Assembly: GCA_043765375.1 (NCBI GenBank)
Contig: JAYUJH010000028.1
Coordinates: 12,332 to 76,331 of the forward strand
Source: Alphaproteobacteria bacterium
GTDB taxonomy: Bacteria; Pseudomonadota; Alphaproteobacteria; Rickettsiales; UBA998
Direction of reading: 5' to 3'
DNA length: 64,000 bases
The notes beneath the pieces were generated by a model, which was not told where the DNA came from, searched no databases, and saw only the letters and a list, made by a program, of their open reading frames with translations. Position numbers and translations under genes: made by a program. This document shows, in pieces, positions 9,742 to 17,133 of the stretch. Positions within the stretch are counted from its first letter, which is position 1. Each line of letters starts with the position of its first letter.

Positions 9742-10842
9742 TCAATTTTGGTGCGGAAAGCCCGCCATATGGATATTTGCAACGCTACAAACACCAAGCA
9801 CCTTGAATAATTCACCCATTTGTGCTTTGTCAATCAGCCGTTCATAGCCTGCAATTAATGTTTTGGCTTGTTGCTCGCTTGCATGTTCCAGCAAATCATT
9901 CAATCGCATTCCGCCCCCAATTGCGGGCAGAAAACCGCCTTGCGCCGTGATTTGTGTTTGTATTTTGTTTTCCTTAAACGAGGCTGCGAGTTCATCAAAC
10001 GCCACATGAGCAGTTAAATCTGCCTCGCCTATAGCCTTGAGGGGTTGCCAAAAACCATGTTGCTTGACTGCCTGCAAACTATTTCCACGGCTTTCACCCG
10101 TATAGCCATAATCAATCACTAGCCCTGCGCCACCGAAATGCGCCATATGCGCCCCGATAGTTCCTGCAATTTGCCTTCCTGCGGGGCATGATTCAATAAT
10201 CACTTTGTCATCAGCATCAGAAGCAATATGTTTGCCACCTTTAACGAGTTTAACTCCCATAGGCTGCATGGTGAAAGCAAGTTCATCATTTGCATCAATT
10301 GTTACCATTCGCTCCTGCAACCCTGATGGTGTTTTCACATATTGACGAATTGGCAGTGCATCAAAGAACTCATTTGCCACCATTAACATTGGTAAATCGG
10401 GAAGTTCCTCCAAATTACTTTGCCATGAAATGCGAGGGTGATGCGCACTTAATGTTGCCCGTTGATAGCGTCGCAATAAGGAGCTTGATTCCATTAGCAC
10501 AATCACGAGGGAGTCATGGAAGCCCGCCACATGACGAGTTGCCCGCAACGCATCAGCTAATAGCGTCCCCCGCCCAGGCCCTAACTCCAGCAATACCATT
10601 TCTTTTGCGCCAAGAGTTTGCCACATTGCCGCTAACCATACTCCGACTATTTCACCAAATATTTGTGATATTTCAGGCGCAGTGGTGAAATCACCATGTT
10701 CACCAAAGGGGTCACGAGTCATATAATAGCCATATTTCTCATGTGAGAGTGCGTATTCCATAAACTCCGCCACCGTGATTGTGCCACGTTCCGCAATGCG
10801 AGAGCGGATAATTTGTTCAAGTGGAGATACATCTATGTTCAT
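9742..10842 (-). CDS. Class I SAM-dependent methyltransferase, NDUFAF7/MidA (DUF185) family
   Basis: 366 aa. Has GDFTTAPEISQIFGE, LLELGPGRGTL and ANEFFDALP motifs. Confidence 0.8.
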   Translation of the reverse strand: MNIDVSPLEQIIRSRIAERGTITVAEFMEYALSHEKYGYYMTRDPFGEHGDFTTAPEISQIFGEIVGVWLAAMWQTLGAKEMVLLELGPGRGTLLADALRATRHVAGFHDSLVIVLMESSSLLRRYQRATLSAHHPRISWQSNLEELPDLPMLMVANEFFDALPIRQYVKTPSGLQERMVTIDANDELAFTMQPMGVKLVKGGKHIASDADDKVIIESCPAGRQIAGTIGAHMAHFGGAGLVIDYGYTGESRGNSLQAVKQHGFWQPLKAIGEADLTAHVAFDELAASFKENKIQTQITAQGGFLPAIGGGMRLNDLLEHASEQQAKTLIAGYERLIDKAQMGELFKVLGVCSVANIHMAGFPHQN

Positions 10843-10985
10843 AGTAACATTATTTAATGGATTATTTGATATAGGTCAAAGCAAAAAATCATGAAGTTAA
10901 AATTGCAGAGCGATTTTGAGCTGAAAATGCTTAACAAATATGTAATGGAACTATGTATGCTGTAATATGTCAATAACCAGAATAT

Positions 10986-11062
<77 letters not shown>

Positions 11063-11248
11063 ACAATTAACTTGATTAAAACCAAATCAACTATTAACTG
11101 ATTTTTAAGTTGCGAATAATAATCATTTGCAAATAAAATCATGTTGACTTAACTTTTAATATTTATATCTTATATCTGATGATTATCATTATATCAAGTT
11201 ATAATATATCAATTTGCATAAATAAATTATTGAGTAGGGTGACAATTA

Positions 11249-12277
11249 TTAATTGTCAATGTCAAACTCTTCTATGGCAACAGCAAAATTTATAGCCTGA
11301 GAATTTTTATAATACATTGTCGTAATCCCTATAAGATTTCCGCTTAAATCAAAAAGCCCCCCACCAGATGATCCACTTGAAATAGGAGCTGTAGTTTGTA
11401 TATAGGTGGTGCTTTCTTCATGTCTTATACCAGAAACTATACCTGTAGAAATAGTATTTTCAAGTCCACGAGGAGAGCCTATTGCAATTACAGATTCACC
11501 GATTTTAATTTGTTGAGATGGTCTGATATTTACTTTTTCAATAAAATAAGGTAGTTTTTCATTCATCAACTTTATGGTGCAAGCGTCACTAAGAAAACGT
11601 CCTGTGTTAATTTTTGCTGGATAAGCTTTTCCATTTTTTATTACGATATATGCAGTGTTTCCTTCAAGAACATGACAATTTGTGACAATCAAGTTTTGAG
11701 CTATTGCAACTCCAGAGCCTTGAGTAAGACTTTTACTTTGCAAAAAATTTTCAAAATTATTTGATGCAAGAACAACAACGACTTTATTAGTTAGATTTTC
11801 ATATAAATCAGAATAATTCATAATGGATAAGCTTGTTGAATCAATAATATCCCTTTGTTGCCTATCATCTAAATGCTGCGGTTTTTCCTCATTTTTGCTT
11901 TGATATTTCAGTTGTGAAGTTTGCACATAGGCAGATAAATATCCTATTCTTTTTGTATATAATGACTTTAGACATTGTGAATATTTAGGTTGATTTTCCG
12001 TGCATTCATACATTCTTTGTTTAAGCCACGTTCTTTGATTGCTTAAAATAACATCTTTAATTAGGGGTGAAATATCTAATTCTCTAATCTTAAAATATAA
12101 TTCTGACATTTGCTCATCTAAAACAGACAAATCATCGTTCCCGCATATTGTTTTTTCCAGTAGATTAGAGGCTTTTTTACAATCATAGCTAGCTGCAAAT
12201 ACATTTTTGGGTGTGCTATGAAGGATTATTAGTGCGGCAGCACTTAATAAGAAAAATTGTTTTGTTATCTTAATCAT
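11249..12277 (-). CDS. Secreted fusion protein: N-terminal LprI/DUF1311-like domain plus C-terminal trypsin-like (S1/Trypsin_2) serine protease
   Basis: 342 aa with a signal peptide. Has CKKASNLLEKTICGNDDLSVLDEQMSELY...QRTWLKQRMYEC (DUF1311 pattern), then TNCHVL (His), SDAC (Asp region) and SSGSSGGGLFDLSGNLIGI (Ser). Visibly more AT-rich than neighbours. Confidence 0.7.
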   Translation of the reverse strand: MIKITKQFFLLSAAALIILHSTPKNVFAASYDCKKASNLLEKTICGNDDLSVLDEQMSELYFKIRELDISPLIKDVILSNQRTWLKQRMYECTENQPKYSQCLKSLYTKRIGYLSAYVQTSQLKYQSKNEEKPQHLDDRQQRDIIDSTSLSIMNYSDLYENLTNKVVVVLASNNFENFLQSKSLTQGSGVAIAQNLIVTNCHVLEGNTAYIVIKNGKAYPAKINTGRFLSDACTIKLMNEKLPYFIEKVNIRPSQQIKIGESVIAIGSPRGLENTISTGIVSGIRHEESTTYIQTTAPISSGSSGGGLFDLSGNLIGITTMYYKNSQAINFAVAIEEFDIDN

Positions 12278-12516
12278 ATTATCATGTTGTATTGGCGTTA
12301 TTTTCTATAAATAGTTGTGCAATTGCTGCAATATTATCATTGCCTAGCCAACTGCGACTATCATGTAATTAAAATAGAGAGAACAGGAGAAAAATACAAG
12401 CGAAAAATATCCGTAACAATCCACACAAATCCGTCCCTAACCAATAATTATTTTGTGGGTTGATAAAAACTATTAGAGAGAAAATTGTTACAAATCAATA
12501 AGTTGCAATGAATAAA

Positions 12517-12592
12517 TGGTGGAGGATAGGAGATTCGAACTCCTGACCTCCTGCGTGCAAAGCAGGCGCTCTACCAGCTGAGCTAATCCCCC
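12517..12592 (-). tRNA. tRNA-Ala (anticodon UGC)
   Basis: The reverse complement reads GGGGGATTAGCTCAGCTGGTAGAGCGCCTGCTTTGCACGCAGGAGGTCAGGAGTTCGAATCTCCTATCCTCCACCA. It has the G3:U70 identity pair and encodes CCA. Confidence 0.93.
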
Positions 12593-12819
12593 ACATTTTC
12601 TAATGAAACATGTTTTGTGCTAATTTGAACAATATGTCAAGCGAAAAAAGTGCTATAATTGTGAAACAAAGCATTTTTAACATTATTAACTTGGGTAATG
12701 CGATTATTATATGTATCACAAAATACATAATAACTTAAAATAATAGTGATTTTTGCAAAAATCGTGGTAATTGCGATATTTGTGATGTATCATAAATCAA
12801 ATAATAAAGGTGGAAGTTT

Positions 12820-13197
12820 ATGGCGGATATTAATTTTAACAAAGCAAGTTCAGCATATCAAAATAGCAATAGCTTGCAGAGTTTTGGGCAAAGTTCTGGG
12901 CAAGCCGTGAGTGGCTCGCAAAAAAGCAATGCGATTGAAGAAATATCAGGGGTTAATTCATCAGATAAAATTGGTTTTAAGCCTTCATTTGAGGAATTGT
13001 TAGGTGCATCGCTTGATAAAGCACGTGATGCAGGCTATAAAGGTGAGGCAATTAGTGCGCAATCTGTGGCAGGAAAAGCGGAATATCACGAGTTAATTAC
13101 GGCGGTTAATAATTCAGATTTAACTTTGCGAACTGTGGTTGCCGTGAGGGATCGCATTATAAATGCGTATCAAGATATTCTCAAAATGCCTATATAA
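12820..13197 (+). CDS. fliE: Flagellar hook-basal body complex protein FliE (orphan copy)
   Basis: 125 aa. The C-terminal ...LTLRTVVAVRDRIINAYQDILKMPI matches the conserved FliE C-terminus (VRNKLVxAYQEIMxMxV pattern). AGGTGG SD lies 7 nt upstream. Confidence 0.7.
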   Translation: MADINFNKASSAYQNSNSLQSFGQSSGQAVSGSQKSNAIEEISGVNSSDKIGFKPSFEELLGASLDKARDAGYKGEAISAQSVAGKAEYHELITAVNNSDLTLRTVVAVRDRIINAYQDILKMPI

Positions 13198-13210
13198 TAT
13201 AACATAATAA

Positions 13211-14110
13211 ATGAAATATATTTGTATATGTTTGATGATTTTGTTGGTTGCTCCAGTTAGTGCGCAATCACTTGAAACACGAGCAGTTGAAACACGGGCG
13301 GGCGAAACTCTTACGAACAATAAACAGGTAAATAACTCGCCTGAGCGTAGCATCACCATCATGGCTGACCCAAGCCTCACCGTGGTGATTAGCTTGATTG
13401 CACGAGAATATGCGTTGAAGCATGATGTTGCAATAACTACTATTTATTCGTCCACCCCTCAACAAATCAAACAGATTGAAGCAGGAGATGAAAGTGATGT
13501 GATTATCTCCGCTCGCCCCGAATGGATTGATGATATGCAGCAAAAAGGCTTGATTGATGTGTTTTCTCGCCGCAACATTGCCCGCAATAATCTGGTGCTG
13601 GTTGGTTCTAAGTTCAATTTTCAACAGCCAAATATGAAACAATTTAGTAATAAACCTTTGGGGACAATAAAGGTAGAAGGGGCTAAAGAAGGCACGAATA
13701 TATCACCTCCAACCATATCGTCATTTACAAAGCAACCTGATGAGTTCATGCTGGTGATTGGTGATTATTTAGCAAACGCTGAGGGGAGTTATGCTGTGCA
13801 AGCATTGAAAAATTATCAGTTAAATCAATTGCTTGAGCCGTATTATACAGTTGTTGAATCAGCTTATGAGATGGTGAATATGGTTGAGCAATATGATGTG
13901 ATGGGGGTATTGTTTCGCACTGATGCACAATTATTTCCGCAAATAAGGGAGATTGAGGCATTTTCCGCTGATGCGCATACGCCACTAATTTATCAAGCCG
14001 CAGCAGTGGTTGGTGAAAATATGGAGTTGGCACGGGAGTTTATTGCTTATTTGAATGGTAAGCAAGCGAGAAATATATTTCGTGAATATGGCTTTTCCAC
14101 GTTTTTTTAA
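13211..14110 (+). CDS. Periplasmic substrate-binding protein, ModA-like (molybdate/tungstate SBP fold), orphan
   Basis: 299 aa with a signal peptide ending VSAQS. Has VISLIAREYALKHDVAITTIYSSTPQQIKQIEAG..DVIISARPEWIDDMQQKGLI...NNLVLVG. No permease or ATPase genes are adjacent. Confidence 0.55.
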   Translation: MKYICICLMILLVAPVSAQSLETRAVETRAGETLTNNKQVNNSPERSITIMADPSLTVVISLIAREYALKHDVAITTIYSSTPQQIKQIEAGDESDVIISARPEWIDDMQQKGLIDVFSRRNIARNNLVLVGSKFNFQQPNMKQFSNKPLGTIKVEGAKEGTNISPPTISSFTKQPDEFMLVIGDYLANAEGSYAVQALKNYQLNQLLEPYYTVVESAYEMVNMVEQYDVMGVLFRTDAQLFPQIREIEAFSADAHTPLIYQAAAVVGENMELAREFIAYLNGKQARNIFREYGFSTFF

Positions 14111-14159
14111 TGTCGTGGTGGTGTTGTTATTAATATATTTTATCCAGTAGCACCATATT

Positions 14160-14180
14160 ATAGTTAAAGGCTGGTATCCA
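14160..14180. repeat. Half-copy of the dispersed repeat (atagttaaaggctggtatcca); left direct repeat flanking the small TM gene
   Basis: 19/21 identical to 14745..14765 in the same orientation. Shares the aggctggtatccata core with 36047..36074. Confidence 0.6.
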
Positions 14181-14202
14181 TAACTACGTAGCGATAACAA
14201 CA

Positions 14203-14246
14203 AAAAAAATACGCCCCTAAATCAACCTTGTGGTTGAATCTAGGGA
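14203..14246 (-). terminator. Rho-independent terminator for the small membrane-protein gene
   Basis: The minus strand reads ccctagattcaacc-acaa-ggttgatttaggg, then gcgta and T8. Confidence 0.7.
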
Positions 14247-14284
14247 CGGATTTTTAGTTCAGACTAAAGAAAATAATCTATTTT

Positions 14285-14542
14285 CTAGATGTTATTCTTT
14301 TTGATGGGTGGTGCTGTAACTGATGCTTTCGCAACGGCTTGTTCAGACAGGAGCAAGCCAACTACCGTAGCAATCCAGCTTCCAGCATATGCACCGACTG
14401 CTGCTGCGCCTGCTTGCTTTTTGAAAATCTCAAAGCGGATAGCGCGAACCGTAAGAAAAACAGATAGCACTGAACCGACAAAGAAAAACAAAAATGTGAG
14501 CGTAGCAATGGCGGTTAATCCGACGATTTGTAAAGTGGTCAT
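14285..14542 (-). CDS. Small two-TM membrane protein (85 aa), unknown function, under the poly-G spacer promoter
   Basis: GGAGG SD lies 5 nt before the ATG. Two hydrophobic helices (IVGLTAIATLTFLFFFVGSVLSVFL and a Gly/Ala-zipper-like AAAVGAYAGSWIATVVGLLL). Has its own promoter and terminator, and is GC-richer than its surroundings. Confidence 0.65.
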   Translation of the reverse strand: MTTLQIVGLTAIATLTFLFFFVGSVLSVFLTVRAIRFEIFKKQAGAAAVGAYAGSWIATVVGLLLSEQAVAKASVTAPPIKKNNI

Positions 14543-14658
14543 GGTGGCCTCCGTAGGGGGCTTAAAGAATATTTCCCCATCAACATTTTTTAATATGTTG
14601 ACGAGTAGACAATGATGGAGTGTTTGAAAAAAACACTTTACTCAATTGTTATAATCCT

Positions 14659-14686
14659 ATTTTACCCCCCCCCCCCCAGATGTCAA
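14659..14686 (-). promoter_or_regulatory. Sigma70-type promoter TTGACA-N16-TAAAAT whose spacer contains a G13 homopolymer (C13 on the plus strand, 14665..14677)
   Basis: The minus strand reads cTTGACAtct-GGGGGGGGGGGGG-TAAAATa, about 115 nt upstream of ATG 14542. Same module as at 36896..36923. Confidence 0.7.
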
Positions 14687-14744
14687 GTTAATTTACATTA
14701 AGATTATGTTGCGGTTGTGTGTGTAATTTAAGTGTTCTTATTTC

Positions 14745-14765
14745 ATAGTCAAAGGCTAGTATCCA
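14745..14765. repeat. Half-copy of the dispersed repeat (atagtcaaaggctagtatcca); right direct repeat flanking the small TM gene
   Basis: 19/21 identical to 14160..14180. Confidence 0.6.
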
Positions 14766-14867
14766 CCAGTTGATTTCACGAAACACAAAACATTATTTTG
14801 CTTGATTTAACCCCCGTTATTTCAATTAATACTTTACTTGCGCAATATTATGTTATTAATATAGCGC

Positions 14868-15572
14868 ATGATGAAAATTGAAATATTACCATTATTATTG
14901 ACGATTGCGCCAAAAATCGCCCAAAATATTACCGCTTTAGCAATGTTTTTATTCTTGGCGACTGCATTAAGTGGTTGCGCTCCGTTATTTGTGGGTGGGC
15001 TTGCCAATTTGGGCGTTGCCTCCACCGAGGAACGCTCCATTGGGGATAGTGTTGATGATAGCGCAATTAGTGCCGAGATTCAGCAATATTTGTTGCAAAG
15101 CAACGTGAAGCATATGTTTAGCGAAGTCACAATCAGGGTTCATGAGGGTAGGGTTTTGTTGCTCGGACGGACGGATAACCAAAAAGTGGCGGAGGAAGCA
15201 ACGAGGGTTTCGTGGCAAGCTCACGGCGTGCGTGAAGTGATGAATGAAATTAAAACAGGGCAGGAAAGCAGCGGATTTTTGGATTATGCTAATGATAATT
15301 TGATTGAAACTCAAATTGAAACTCGTTTGCTTGCTGATAAAAATATTAAATCCGCCAATTATACAGTTGAGGTGCAAGATGGCGTGGCATATTTGCTGGG
15401 GGTGGCGCAAGATGAGAAAGAACGCAACATCGCTGTTTATATTGCAAGCATTTCAAAGGGTGTGAAAAACGTGGTGAATTATGTGCGTTTGAAAAATGAT
15501 CAGTTGCGGCTGCAAACCGTTGGTAAGCCAAGGGAGCAGGGGGTTAATCGTCGGCGGGGATTGTTTGATTGA
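14868..15572 (+). CDS. BON domain-containing lipoprotein (OsmY-like)
   Basis: 234 aa. Lipobox LSGC. Two BON-like segments (VTIRVHEGRVLLLGRTDNQ...; YTVEVQDGVAYLLGVAQDEKER). Confidence 0.75.
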   Translation: MMKIEILPLLLTIAPKIAQNITALAMFLFLATALSGCAPLFVGGLANLGVASTEERSIGDSVDDSAISAEIQQYLLQSNVKHMFSEVTIRVHEGRVLLLGRTDNQKVAEEATRVSWQAHGVREVMNEIKTGQESSGFLDYANDNLIETQIETRLLADKNIKSANYTVEVQDGVAYLLGVAQDEKERNIAVYIASISKGVKNVVNYVRLKNDQLRLQTVGKPREQGVNRRRGLFD

Positions 15573-15680
15573 GATTAAAAAATAATAAGTGATGATATGG
15601 TTAAATGATGTTTTTTAACCTATTGCTAAATATTTTGCTATAACACGTTATTATATATGTGATTTTTGGAGTTTAAGTTG

Positions 15681-16394
15681 ATGGATAAAAGTTGCAATAA
15701 TATGGAAGAAGCCTTGATGGGGCTTGGTGATGGCAAAATCCTCCATGATGGTATGGTGATAATGTCAGGCGGGTTTGGGTTGTGCGGTATTCCTGAAAAC
15801 GCGATTGAGTTCATCGCCAATTCTGGGGTGCGGGGCTTGACGGTGATATCCAATAATTGTGGAGTGGATAATTTTGGGCTAGGCAAATGGCTGCATAATC
15901 GCCAAATCCGCAAGATGATAACTTCATATGTGGGAGAAAATAAGGAGTTTGAACGGCAATTTTTGAACGGAGAAGTGCAAATTGAGTTCAACCCACAAGG
16001 CACATTAGCTGAACGTATTAGAGCAGCAGGGGCAGGGATTCCAGCATTTTTCACTAAAACTGGCGTAGGGACGATGGTTGCGGAGGGTAAGGAAGTTCGC
16101 AAGTTTGCAGGCGTTGATTATCTAATGGAAACGGCGTTATATGCTGACCTAGCTATTATCAAAGCATGGAAGGGAGATCGTTACGGCAATTTGATTTACC
16201 GCAAAACATCGCGCAATTTTAATGCGCCAATGGCAACGGCTGGGCGTTTTGTAGTGGCGGAAGTGGAGCATTTGGTTGAACCAGAGGAGCTGGAGGCAGA
16301 TTCAATTCATACTGCGGGCATATATGTTGACAAAATATTTGCGGGTGAGTTTGAAAAGCGCATAGAGTTTCGCACAATTAGGGGACAAAAATAA
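15681..16394 (+). CDS. scoA: 3-oxoacid (succinyl-CoA:acetoacetate) CoA-transferase subunit A
   Basis: Has [10 protein letters not shown]..., SNNCGVD and the [22 protein letters not shown]-like region ([23 protein letters not shown]). Start moved to ATG 15681. Confidence 0.9.
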   Translation: [237 protein letters not shown]

Positions 16395-17050
16395 TGACAT
16401 GGAGCAGAGACCAACTAGCTATCAGGGCAGCGGAAGAATTGCGTGATGGATATTATGTAAATCTTGGAATTGGTATTCCAACATTGGTGGCAAATCACGT
16501 TCCGCACGGTATGCACATCACGTTGCAAAGCGAAAATGGTATGCTTGGTATGGGTGAATATCCGCTGGACAGCCAAGTTGATGCAGATTTGATCAATGCG
16601 GGCAAGCAAACCATTTCTGAATTGCCGTATAGTGTTTATTTTGATAGCGCAGCTTCATTTGCGATGATTCGTGGCGGACATATTGATTTGGCAATATTGG
16701 GGGCGTTGCAGGTGAGTGAAATGGCGGATCTTGCCAATTGGATGGTTCCAGGGAAGATGGTGAAAGGTATGGGCGGGGCGATGGATTTGGTCGCTGGTGT
16801 CAAAAAAATTGTGGTGGTAATGGAGCATAACGCCAAAGACGGTGCAGCGAAATTGGTGCGTGAATGCGATTTGCCACTCACAGGGGCGGGCGTGGTTGAT
16901 ATGATAATCACCGAACTTGGGGTGTTTGAGTTTCGTGATGACGGCAAATTATATATGATAGAAATTGCACCTGAAGTTTTGAAGCAAGAAGTGAAAGACC
17001 GCACATCAGCTCATTTTATATTTGATTTGGTGCATGAGAGAGTTGGTTAG
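16394..17050 (+). CDS. scoB: 3-oxoacid CoA-transferase subunit B
   Basis: 218 aa. Has YVNLGIGIPTLVAN, the SENG active-site Glu motif (QSENGMLGMG), and GAMDLV. Start overlaps the scoA stop (ATAATG). Confidence 0.9.
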   Translation: MTWSRDQLAIRAAEELRDGYYVNLGIGIPTLVANHVPHGMHITLQSENGMLGMGEYPLDSQVDADLINAGKQTISELPYSVYFDSAASFAMIRGGHIDLAILGALQVSEMADLANWMVPGKMVKGMGGAMDLVAGVKKIVVVMEHNAKDGAAKLVRECDLPLTGAGVVDMIITELGVFEFRDDGKLYMIEIAPEVLKQEVKDRTSAHFIFDLVHERVG

Positions 17051-17133
17051 GAACTAGGGTTTAGATGCTAGGATTTTAAGCCTTGCGACATATAGAGTTT
17101 AGAGTTTAGATAAAAATAATAACAGGAAAAACA

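Noticed and set aside
12429-12441. aaatccgtcccta, shared (inverted) with 14247..14262, considered as att-like boundaries of an island containing tRNA-Ala, fliE and the ModA-like gene
   Set aside because: The two copies are in inverted rather than direct orientation. They are only ~13 nt long with a loosely similar continuation, and no integrase is present. This is insufficient to call an island boundary.
14289-14615. 108-aa plus-strand ORF antisense to the small TM gene 14285..14542
   Set aside because: The minus-strand gene has a GGAGG SD, a matching promoter and terminator, and two clean TM helices. The plus-strand ORF has none of these and has an odd composition.
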